Part shown: piece by piece, positions 1 to 8,212 of the stretch
Position numbering within the stretch: the first letter of the stretch is position 1
Layout of the letters: every line of letters starts with the position of its first letter
Assembly (NCBI GenBank): GCA_964637565.1
Contig: CAZWTY010000011.1
Location: 459-64,458 of the forward strand
Direction: 5' to 3'
Length of the DNA: 64,000 nucleotides
Source of the DNA: an uncultured Desulforapulum sp.
GTDB lineage: Bacteria > Desulfobacterota > Desulfobacteria > Desulfobacterales > Desulfolunaceae
Translations under genes and position numbers: made by a program
Notes under the pieces: generated by a model
Told to the model about the DNA's origin: nothing
The model's input: the letters and a program-made list of their open reading frames with translations, nothing else
Databases searched by the model: none

Positions 1-489
1 CCAGACGTTCATCCCCATTTTTTCCGCGAGAATCTTGAGATCCTTCAGCATGCATCGGTCGCAGGTGTCGAAGGGAAACCCGTCGATGATCAGAGTCTGG
101 GGCTTGAAGATGTCCTGTTCGATGAGGTCTCCCAGGCGTTCTTCCAGACGGGGAATGGAAAAGCCGTCGATCTTGAGAGTCATGATCAGCCGGTTGGGGA
201 GAATGGCGTCCCAGGCCGGGTTGATCAGGCTGATGTTGTTCTTGGGGGCCATGAGGTTGAATACCTCACGGTACCAGAGGTTGATTTTCGTCACCGGTTC
301 GTCCAGGCTGATATGGAGAACTTTTTCTCCCCGGGCCATGGCATGGAGGCCCATCTGGACCACGAAAGAGGTTTTACCGATTCCGGCGCGGGCGCAGATT
401 CCGCCCATCTGACCTGGTTCAATCAATCGTTCGGAAGCGAATCCGAGACGTTTCAGGGGATTGTCGAGTGCTATCGTATTTTCATTCAT
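1..489 (-). CDS. RecA-superfamily (KaiC/DnaB-like) P-loop ATPase, partial; C-terminus runs off the window
   Basis: Manual minus-strand translation from ATG at 489-487: MNENTIALDNPLKRLGFASERLIEPGQMGGICARAGIGKTSFVVQMGLHAMARGEKVLHISLDEP... The frame stays open to position 1 (163 codons). Walker A-like 'ARAGIGKTS' and Walker B-like 'TLIIDGF'. Absent from the ORF track because it is truncated. Starts 21 nt downstream of the EF-G stop on the same strand. Confidence 0.6.
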   Translation of the reverse strand, partial: MNENTIALDNPLKRLGFASERLIEPGQMGGICARAGIGKTSFVVQMGLHAMARGEKVLHISLDEPVTKINLWYREVFNLMAPKNNISLINPAWDAILPNRLIMTLKIDGFSIPRLEERLGDLIEQDIFKPQTLIIDGFPFDTCDRCMLKDLKILAEKMGMNVW

Positions 490-509
490 GATGGTTGATT
501 CCTTCTCGG

Positions 510-2591
510 TTATTTCTTTTTTTCGTCCTGGGCTGCTTTCACAAGGGCCTCGGCCACCATCTGGGGAACCTGTTTGTACATGCAGAATTCCATGGTGAAC
601 TGGGCTTTCCCCTGGGTGTTGGAGCGCAGGATGGTGGAGAAGCCGAACATTTCGGAAAGAGGTACATGGGCTTCGATCCGGCACATCACGCCTTCGTCCT
701 GGGAACCCAGGATCATGCCACGGCGCTGGTTGATGAGGCCCATGCAGTTGCCCTGGAATTCGGTGGGGCTTTCGATTTCCACCTTCATGATCGGTTCATG
801 GATCACGGGTTTGGCCTTGTGGTACGCTTCGATAAAAGCACCGCGCGCCGCCGCCTGGAACGCCATGTCCGAACTGTCCACCGCATGGAAAGCGCCGTCG
901 GTCAAAGTGACCTTGATGCCGGTGACCGGGTATTCCATTTTGGGGCCTTTGGCCATGCAGAGGGTAAACCCTTTTTCACAGGCCGGGATATAGTTGGTGG
1001 GGATACGGCCGCCCGTGACCTTGTTCTCGAAGATAAAATGGTCGTCTTCGATGGGCTCGATGAACCCCATGACCTTGGCGTACTGGCCGGAGCCGCCGGT
1101 TTGTTTTTTATGAACGTAATCGTATTCGGCCCTCTGGGTGATGGTTTCCCTGTAAGCCACCCGGGGTTTGCCTGTTTCGACCTCGGCTTTGTATTCACGC
1201 AACATGCGCTCCACGTAGACTTCGAGGTGGAGTTCGCCCATGCCTTCGATGATGGTTTCGTTGGTCTCGGGGTCCACGTGGGTCTTGAATGTGGGGTCTT
1301 CCTTGGTGAAACGGGCCAGGGCCTTGGACATGTTGATCTGGGCTTTGTTGTCCTTGGGTTTCACGGCAAGGGAGATAACCGGCGCCGGAACGAACATGGA
1401 GAGCATGGACAGGTTCAGGGAAGGATCGGTGAAGGTGTCGCCGGATGCGCACTCGATGCCGAACAGGGCGCCGATGTAACCGGCGGGGATCATCTCGATG
1501 TCTTCCATTTCCGCGGCGTGCATCCTGACCACGCGGCCGATTTTCACTTTACGGCCGTTTCTGGAGTTCACCACCGTATCGCCTTTTTTGATGGCTCCCT
1601 GGTAGACCCGGATATAGGTGAGCTGACCGTAGTTCCCGTCTTCGAGCTTGAAGGCCAGGGCCACGGTTTTTTCGCTGGAGTCGCTCTTCAGGACCACGGG
1701 CGTTTCGTTGTTGTCCATGTCCAGGGCGTCGTTGGGAATGTCGTAGGGCGCCGGGAGGTAATGGGCCACCGCATCAAGAAGGGGCTGAACCCCTTTGTTC
1801 TTGTAAGCCGATCCCATGAGCACCGGGGTGAGTTTGCGCTGGATCGTTCCGATCCTTACCGCGTCGTAGATCATGGCCGGGGTGATCTCGGCTTCTTCGA
1901 GAATCGCTTCGGTGAGATCGTCGGAGAAAAGGGACGCGGCTTCGATGAGTTCTTCGCGTCTGGCCATGGCCTCGTCCATAAGATCCGCCGGAATGTCCTT
2001 TTCAAGGATGGTTTCCCCGTTTTTGCCTTCGAAGTAAAGGGCCTTCATGGTGATCAGGTCCACCATGCCCTCGAATTTGTCCTCGAGGCCGATGGGAATC
2101 TGGAGCGCCACGGCGTTGTGGGAGAGTTTTTCCCTGAGCTGGGTGATCACGCGGAAAGGGTTGGCGCCGCTTCTGTCACATTTGTTGACAAAGGCGATGC
2201 AGGGAACGTTGTACCTTTTCATCTGGTTGTCCACGGTGATGGACTGGCTCTGGACGCCGCTTACGGAACAAAGAACGAGAATCGCGCCATCCAGGACCCG
2301 GAGGGACCTTTCGACCTCGATGGTGAAGTCCACGTGGCCCGGGGTGTCGATGATGTTTATCTCGTTGTCCTTCCATTCACAGAACGTGGCGGCCGAGGCG
2401 ATGGTGATGCCCCGTTCCTTTTCCAGTTCCATGGAGTCCATCACGGCGCCAACGCCGTCTTTCCCTTTCACGTCGTGAATGGCGTGGATCTTGTTGGTGT
2501 AGAAGAGAATCCGTTCGGTAAGGGTGGTTTTGCCCGAGTCGATATGGGCGCTGATGCCGATGTTTCTGACGTTTGACAAATCGTTTTTCAT
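510..2591 (-). CDS. fusA: Elongation factor G, spd/mitochondrial-type EF-G1-like paralog
   Basis: 693-aa ORF. G1 'AHIDSGKT', G3 'DTPGHVDF', G4 'NKCD', with full EF-G domain length. The stretch '[47 protein letters not shown]' matches the mtEFG1/spdEFG1 signature rather than the canonical 'DAGKTTTTER...DGAATMDWMEQE'. Confidence 0.95.
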   Translation of the reverse strand: MKNDLSNVRNIGISAHIDSGKTTLTERILFYTNKIHAIHDVKGKDGVGAVMDSMELEKERGITIASAATFCEWKDNEINIIDTPGHVDFTIEVERSLRVLDGAILVLCSVSGVQSQSITVDNQMKRYNVPCIAFVNKCDRSGANPFRVITQLREKLSHNAVALQIPIGLEDKFEGMVDLITMKALYFEGKNGETILEKDIPADLMDEAMARREELIEAASLFSDDLTEAILEEAEITPAMIYDAVRIGTIQRKLTPVLMGSAYKNKGVQPLLDAVAHYLPAPYDIPNDALDMDNNETPVVLKSDSSEKTVALAFKLEDGNYGQLTYIRVYQGAIKKGDTVVNSRNGRKVKIGRVVRMHAAEMEDIEMIPAGYIGALFGIECASGDTFTDPSLNLSMLSMFVPAPVISLAVKPKDNKAQINMSKALARFTKEDPTFKTHVDPETNETIIEGMGELHLEVYVERMLREYKAEVETGKPRVAYRETITQRAEYDYVHKKQTGGSGQYAKVMGFIEPIEDDHFIFENKVTGGRIPTNYIPACEKGFTLCMAKGPKMEYPVTGIKVTLTDGAFHAVDSSDMAFQAAARGAFIEAYHKAKPVIHEPIMKVEIESPTEFQGNCMGLINQRRGMILGSQDEGVMCRIEAHVPLSEMFGFSTILRSNTQGKAQFTMEFCMYKQVPQMVAEALVKAAQDEKKK

Positions 2592-2919
2592 GGAGTGTGT
2601 CCTTCACATAAGTACAAAATCTGACGCATGCACAAATGATAAAACGTGATGAAAGCCGTATCCCATAAAGGAGAATTCACCTTCATTAAAGATAACTTTT
2701 CAGATTTTCATGGAATTTCCGGGCTTTCATTACAGGGTGCGGAAAGTACATGGCGGTAAACTGAAATCAACAAGTCGGATAAAATACAGATATGATGTGA
2801 GATTGTCAATATATTCGTGCTAAAAAAATGTGAGCCTCGAATTTCAGTGAGCCACCCGGATCTCCCGTTAACAAAAACTTAGTCATCTTTTCGGCCGGTA
2901 AGCCGGAAAGTTGAGATAA

Positions 2920-5169
2920 TTATTTGACCGATTTCATGAATTCCAGGTCCATGCGGCTCCGCTCGGCCATCTTTTCCTCGAATTCGTTTCTGTCGATGTT
3001 CATGAGAATCCGGTAGGCGTGGTACTTGGTTTTGATGAAGTAGATGTCAAAAGGCGCCTGCCTGTTTTCACTCCGGTAAATTCGGACACCGGGAATGTCG
3101 CCGTGCATTACCGGCTCGCAGTCCATGTTCACCAGAAGGGGTTCGATATCCTCCCGGTTCTGCCAGGGCACGCAGGCCCCGTTCATGGAAAGGTCCGGGT
3201 CCATGATCGAACGGACTTTTTCCGTCACACCGCCCACGGCCAGGATGATGTCCCCCGTCAGTGACCCGGTGATGCCGTAGGTTTGGTTTACCGGAACCTT
3301 GATGTAGTCGCTGATCAGGGCCACATCCATGGCGATGGAGGCGCTGTCGCCCTCCACGCCGCCGTGGGCCTGGATGTATTCGATGTGCATTTCGTAACCG
3401 ATGTAGGGAGCCCCGATTTTCCGGAAGGTCTTTTTGATGGAAGCACGGACATTTTGGGCCGCCGCCTTGGCGATGTCTCCGGTTTTTCCCGATGCGGCCA
3501 CGGTGTCCGCGCCGCCGGGGTTGATCTGGCAGTGGATGGGCAGGGGCTGGCCGAACATCTGGCCGCTGGCCTGTGAGCTGATCACGGCCAGGCCCACCAC
3601 GTAACCGATGGCGTCGGTCATGGAACTGATGTAGTTTTTCAGTTCTTTTTTGTGGCGAATCGCTTCCCGGGACAGGGTGCCTTCCAGGCTGATATGTTCG
3701 GCCAGGGCTTTTTTTACGTGTTTTTCCGTGACCAGGTCGGCGTTTTCCAGAATGGCTTCGTGCTCTGCCGTCTTGATGATCCCGTTAATGGGTCTGAGGA
3801 TGGCGGAGAGCTTGCCGTCTGACGCGCGGCAACGGAGTTCCTTGATGATTTCCGCCACGGCGCTGCGGGTGAATTCACGTTCTTTCAGGGTGTACCCTTC
3901 GGGCAGGTCCCGCCCGAAAATTTTTTCACTGCGGACCCTGACCCCTTCGTATCCTTCGGTTTCGAGGATGTCGTTCCAGGTTTCCCTGAATTCTTTGCCA
4001 AGGTTCATGATTTCCTGTTTCACGTACATGGCGGTCTGCTTCAGGGTATCGGGTGTTTCATCCACGCTGGATTCCATCTGGATCACCTCGCCCTTGTCTT
4101 CGATCCGGCTCAGGAAAGCCCCGTCACCTTCGCTCTGGAGAAAGGAAAGGGTGTCGTGGTTGCAGCAGGCGATGATGATGTTGCTGGCCCGCAAAGGGTT
4201 TTCCGAACGGTCTGCGGCCCCGCTTCCCGTGCTTCTTCCTCCTTCGAGGATGTATTCCCTGTTCTGCATGATTTCCAGAAGACTGGACATGTAGCCTGAA
4301 CGGACAAGGGTTTTGAGTTCGTCTATATAGATGATGGGAGCCTTGGCGTGGGCCCCGAGATAGGTTCTTTTGTGGATCGGCGTCTGGAGGTTGCCGGACT
4401 GGTAGGGGTCGTGCCTGAAACCGCCTTTCATGTTCCTGGCGTCGGGTTCGGAAACGCAGATCATCAGGTCCCGGTCTTTTCTCGGATCGTAGAGGACTTC
4501 AGGAATCATGTCCGACAGGTGTTTCACCTCGTTTTTCCGCCCGGCCTGGTTGTCCTGCTGGATTTTCTCCTGGACCCGGTGGTTGTTGGCCTGCATGAAA
4601 AGAAAAATTGAACCGATGCCGGCAAGCCCGGTGAGGATGAACATCAAAGGAAAGAAAAAACCCAGGATGATGCTTGACAGAGCGACGACAAACAGGATGT
4701 TCCGGGCAAGGACCACGGGCCTGATCTGGTCGTACAGGGAGAAGGGCTCCAGGCTGTAGCGTGCTTTTTCGATGTCCTCCGAGACTTTCTCGATCTGGCG
4801 CTCGAGGGTTTCCGGCGGCGCATAGGCAAACCGGACGTGGTTCTCGTCTTTTCCCGGAAAGGCGGCGATGGCTTCCCTGGGCCGGAGGTAATCCCCGATG
4901 GACATGTCGAGGACGTCCCGGAACATGGAGGCCAGAAGGGATTTGCCGGTGCCGGGACGCCCGACCATGAGGATATGGCCTTTGTTCTGGGCGATTTTGC
5001 GGATGGCCTGTTTGGCGTCGTTCTGGAAAATCACCCGTTCGATGGGGTCTTCCGGAAGAGTCAGTTCCGACGTGTCACGGAACGATGAGAGATGTTCGTC
5101 AAGAAATTCCGGGTATCTGAGAAGCTCGCGGACCGCCTCGTAATCATTTTCAGTGTAGACCTTACTCAT
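2920..5169 (-). CDS. Archaeal-type membrane-anchored Lon protease (LonB-like)
   Basis: 749 aa. Walker A 'GRPGTGKS'. A hydrophobic hairpin 'ILFVVALSSIILGFFFPLMFILTGLAGIGSIFLF' is inserted before Walker B 'IIYIDELK'. The C-terminal S16 protease domain has Ser in 'GDSASIAMD' and Lys in 'GGVTEKV'. Confidence 0.85.
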   Translation of the reverse strand: MSKVYTENDYEAVRELLRYPEFLDEHLSSFRDTSELTLPEDPIERVIFQNDAKQAIRKIAQNKGHILMVGRPGTGKSLLASMFRDVLDMSIGDYLRPREAIAAFPGKDENHVRFAYAPPETLERQIEKVSEDIEKARYSLEPFSLYDQIRPVVLARNILFVVALSSIILGFFFPLMFILTGLAGIGSIFLFMQANNHRVQEKIQQDNQAGRKNEVKHLSDMIPEVLYDPRKDRDLMICVSEPDARNMKGGFRHDPYQSGNLQTPIHKRTYLGAHAKAPIIYIDELKTLVRSGYMSSLLEIMQNREYILEGGRSTGSGAADRSENPLRASNIIIACCNHDTLSFLQSEGDGAFLSRIEDKGEVIQMESSVDETPDTLKQTAMYVKQEIMNLGKEFRETWNDILETEGYEGVRVRSEKIFGRDLPEGYTLKEREFTRSAVAEIIKELRCRASDGKLSAILRPINGIIKTAEHEAILENADLVTEKHVKKALAEHISLEGTLSREAIRHKKELKNYISSMTDAIGYVVGLAVISSQASGQMFGQPLPIHCQINPGGADTVAASGKTGDIAKAAAQNVRASIKKTFRKIGAPYIGYEMHIEYIQAHGGVEGDSASIAMDVALISDYIKVPVNQTYGITGSLTGDIILAVGGVTEKVRSIMDPDLSMNGACVPWQNREDIEPLLVNMDCEPVMHGDIPGVRIYRSENRQAPFDIYFIKTKYHAYRILMNIDRNEFEEKMAERSRMDLEFMKSVK

Positions 5170-6331
5170 CCTGACTTCCTTTGATGGTGTCCAGAAGGTA
5201 GAACGTGCCCGCGTCCGATGCCGGGGCCTTTTTCGAAATCTCGTTGTAGAGATTGGGAATCTGCTCTTTCAGCGGTTCGAGCGCGTTGAGATCGTGCATC
5301 ACCGAAATATGGGTGTGCATCCTTTCTTCACCTGAACTGGAATGGGGGATGTAGTTGAAAGAGATCACCCTCTGTTGGTTGTTCAATGTTTCTGCAATGG
5401 TGTTCCTGTCTTCCGGGGCCAGCCGGGACACATCGAAATTGTTCCGGAATATCTGGGGAAGATGGCTCTGGGAATAGGCGAATTCAAGCTGCCGGGTGAA
5501 AAAAAGCTTGAAGGGCCGGGCTTCTCCCCGGACGCAGAGCTGGAGCGCATCAGCCAGTTTCTCATTGGTCCTGAGGGACTGTTCGAAAAGCTGGAGCCAG
5601 GAAACAAGCCTGGCGTCCTCGACCATAAAGCCGGGAAGCCCGTCTTTCCCCGAAACGAAAAAACGGACCATGCCGTTCTGGAAAAACCGGATCAGCTGGA
5701 AGCGGTTGTCCGGGTTGAACGATTCAAAGGAGTATCCCCTCAACTCGAACAGTCCACGGCTCAGGTAGGACCGTTTCATGGTGATTTTAACCGGAGTCAG
5801 CAGATGGGTTGCCATGTAGTTCAGTTTGTCCTGAACCGTTCCGGTGAGATCAAGTTTGTACCGGTTCCCCGCGATGTCCTCGCAGATTCCCGTGATGTCC
5901 TCGATCTGTGATTCATCTGCGTAGGACAGGTAGCGGAGAAGGTTGTCATAGGGTCTGAGGTGTCTGTAAATCTGCCTGAAATGGTTTTCAAGGGCCTTGT
6001 CTTCAAATCCGTAGGTTTTCATCTGAAGATGGGCCAGGTATTCGTGGCTGTTGTCTTCCCCGTTCTTTTTTCTGGAAAACGGCCTGCCAAGCCCGCCCAT
6101 GAGTTTTTTGTACCAGGGTTTCCTGTAAGTGACATGGCATCCCACCAGCCGGTCCTGAATGACGACAGGCTCGGGATTCAGGAGATACCACCCCAGTTCG
6201 GAAAGGTGATACTCTTTCACAGGTCCGGAGATGTTTCTTTCTCCAAGGGCGTCGAGACTTGAGATGGTGGGATTGCTTTCCGAAATGATCCAGACCGGTG
6301 CGCCGCGCCTTTCGGGGTGTAATGTGTGCAT
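5162..6331 (-). CDS. Hypothetical protein (389 aa), translationally coupled to the LonB-like protease
   Basis: Long ORF with no motif I recognise. The ATG at 6331 is preceded by GAGG with a 6-nt spacer, and the track's 6367 start is a TTG. The stop overlaps the Lon start by 8 nt. Confidence 0.6.
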   Translation of the reverse strand: MHTLHPERRGAPVWIISESNPTISSLDALGERNISGPVKEYHLSELGWYLLNPEPVVIQDRLVGCHVTYRKPWYKKLMGGLGRPFSRKKNGEDNSHEYLAHLQMKTYGFEDKALENHFRQIYRHLRPYDNLLRYLSYADESQIEDITGICEDIAGNRYKLDLTGTVQDKLNYMATHLLTPVKITMKRSYLSRGLFELRGYSFESFNPDNRFQLIRFFQNGMVRFFVSGKDGLPGFMVEDARLVSWLQLFEQSLRTNEKLADALQLCVRGEARPFKLFFTRQLEFAYSQSHLPQIFRNNFDVSRLAPEDRNTIAETLNNQQRVISFNYIPHSSSGEERMHTHISVMHDLNALEPLKEQIPNLYNEISKKAPASDAGTFYLLDTIKGSQDE

Positions 6332-6620
6332 GGACGACCTCAAACATAAAACGTGCATGAAAAACAAGAACGGACTTTTACATATTTATCAATGGGTTGC
6401 AATATCAAATCCGTTTCATCACTGATCTATATGATAAGCAATATAAATGCCATTGTGAACCCTTTTCTTTAGAGTCGGGAAAACAGACTCGGAGAGGTGA
6501 AAAAATGGGATGGACGTTTTGATCAAGATTTTCATTCCGGATGTGTTCTCTATACAGGACAGTGATTCAGTCCAGTGGACAAGCCGGGGTTACGCTGTCG
6601 GGTTCGATTGCCAGAACGTT

Positions 6621-6654
6621 TCGATAGCGATCCCGATATCGATAGCGATCCCGA
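6621..6654. repeat. Tandem direct repeat TCGATAGCGATCCCGA x2 (period 18 nt)
   Basis: Exact 16-nt copies at 6621-6636 and 6639-6654. They sit about 100 nt upstream of the dynamin-like gene start. Confidence 0.8.
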
Positions 6655-6750
6655 GCGAGACAGGAAGGGGCGATCATATCTGTTGACCTGAAAAACCTGT
6701 TCTGATAGCCATGGGTCAGGAACATTCAACCGACGACAAGGAAGAAACCC

Positions 6751-8178
6751 ATGTTTCGTGAAAACTACAAGACGTCTCTTCAGAAAGACTTTCTGGATAT
6801 GGTGGAGCAGAAACTGACGCCCTGCGCCATGCGGTACAAATACAGCGAAGTCCCGCTGGAATCCACCATCAAATGGCGGCCCGTGGTCTTGATCCTTGGG
6901 AATTATTCCTCGGGGAAATCCACCCTGATCAACGAGTATCTGGGAGGATTCATCCAGGAAACAGGGCAGGCCCCCACCGACGATTCCTTTACCGTGATCA
7001 CCTATGACAACGTGGAAACCGATGATTACAAGGTCCGGGTGACCGAGGAGCACGACGGGGCCTACCTTATGAACGATCCCGAGTTCCCCTTTGAAACGTT
7101 CAAGAAGTACGGAAGGCGTTTTTCCGCCCATTTCCGCCTGAAAAAGGTGAATTCCCCGTTTCTCAAGGAACTGGCCATCATCGACACACCGGGAATGCTG
7201 GACAGCGTCACGGAAAGGGACCGGGGGTACAACTACCAGCAGGTGATCGGGGACTTCGCCCGCATCGCCGACCTGATCCTCGTGCTGTTCGATCCCCACA
7301 AAGCGGGAACGGTCCAGGAAACCTACGTGGCCCTGAGGGAAACCCTGCCGGCCAGCACCTTCGACGACCGGATTTTCTTTGTGCTGAACCGCATCGACGA
7401 ATGCGAATCCATGACCGATCTGCTTCAGGTTTACGGAACCTTGTGCTGGAACCTGTCCCAGATGACCGGGAGAAAGGACATCCCCCGCATCCACCTGACC
7501 TACTCGTCCTGCGTTTCAAGGCAATCGGAAAAGACGGATTACCTGAAATACCTCCAGAACCAGAGGGAACAGCTAAGACAGACCCTTCTCAGTGCTCCGG
7601 ACCTTCGTCTGGACCACATGGCCGGTTTTGTGGAAACCCATTCGGAAAGCCTGGACCATTTTCTCGAAGCCCTGCTGAACTACAAGAAAAAAGCCCTGGG
7701 TTTCGACCTGCGCTTCGGGATCTCCACAGGGGTTCTCAGCCTGATCCTGAGTTTTTCCGCCATATTCTTTCTCAGTCTTTCGGGGGCCCTGGGCGGCATG
7801 CCCATCGAACTGCTTCTCCTCTTCGGCCTGGGCGGAGCGGTTCTCCTTTACGCGACCCTGGTGTCCGCGTTCAAGACCATGTTCAAAAACAGGTTTCACA
7901 AGCGTGTGATCGACGACTTCGACAACCTCACGCCCCTTGAGAACCAGAGGCGGAAAGACACCTGGGCTTCGATTCGAAAGCTTGCCCTGTCTTACCTTGA
8001 AACGGAAAAATGGCGTTTCCCCCTGACCCGGGTGAAAAGGGAGCGTGATGTGATTCACCAGGTGGCCACGGCCGGTGTCAAGGAAATCCGTGAAGCCCTG
8101 GCCGAACTGAACACGATCCGGGACGATGAAAGTCTGGAGGAAGGGGATAACCCTGATAATCAGGGAAAAAGTGCTTAG
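6751..8178 (+). CDS. Dynamin-family GTPase with C-terminal membrane hairpin (bacterial dynamin-like protein)
   Basis: 475 aa. G1 'GNYSSGKST', G3 'DTPGM', G4 'NRID'. Two hydrophobic helices near the C-terminus: 'GVLSLILSFSAIFFLSL' and 'IELLLLFGLGGAVLLYATLVSAF'. Confidence 0.75.
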   Translation: MFRENYKTSLQKDFLDMVEQKLTPCAMRYKYSEVPLESTIKWRPVVLILGNYSSGKSTLINEYLGGFIQETGQAPTDDSFTVITYDNVETDDYKVRVTEEHDGAYLMNDPEFPFETFKKYGRRFSAHFRLKKVNSPFLKELAIIDTPGMLDSVTERDRGYNYQQVIGDFARIADLILVLFDPHKAGTVQETYVALRETLPASTFDDRIFFVLNRIDECESMTDLLQVYGTLCWNLSQMTGRKDIPRIHLTYSSCVSRQSEKTDYLKYLQNQREQLRQTLLSAPDLRLDHMAGFVETHSESLDHFLEALLNYKKKALGFDLRFGISTGVLSLILSFSAIFFLSLSGALGGMPIELLLLFGLGGAVLLYATLVSAFKTMFKNRFHKRVIDDFDNLTPLENQRRKDTWASIRKLALSYLETEKWRFPLTRVKRERDVIHQVATAGVKEIREALAELNTIRDDESLEEGDNPDNQGKSA

Positions 8179-8207
8179 GGGTCAGGCGAAGGCCCGCCCC
8201 CTTTTTT
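8178..8207 (+). terminator. Putative intrinsic terminator after the dynamin-like gene
   Basis: GC-rich interrupted hairpin GGGG-tca-GGC/gaag/GCC-cg-CCCC followed by TTTTTT. It lies between convergent genes. Confidence 0.55.
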
Positions 8208-8212
8208 GACCG

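Noticed and set aside
495-2576. A 693-aa stop-free ORF on the + strand, exactly antisense to EF-G and codon-aligned with it
   Set aside because: The frames are codon-aligned, so antisense stops can only arise from sense TTA/CTA/TCA codons, which a highly expressed GC-leaning gene avoids. The translation is H/G/D/V-rich low complexity with no motif. The EF-G reading is unambiguous.
2885-2912. Hairpin CTTTTCGGC-cggtaa-GCCGGAAAG just downstream of the Lon stop, as a terminator
   Set aside because: The stem has a mismatch, and the minus-strand 3' flank lacks a clear U-tract. It may still stabilise the transcript, but the support is too weak to call it a terminator.
6595-6620. tRNA-like T-arm sequence GGTTCGATTG
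   Set aside because: The flanks cannot form a T-stem, and no acceptor or anticodon arms can be drawn. It is an isolated chance match.
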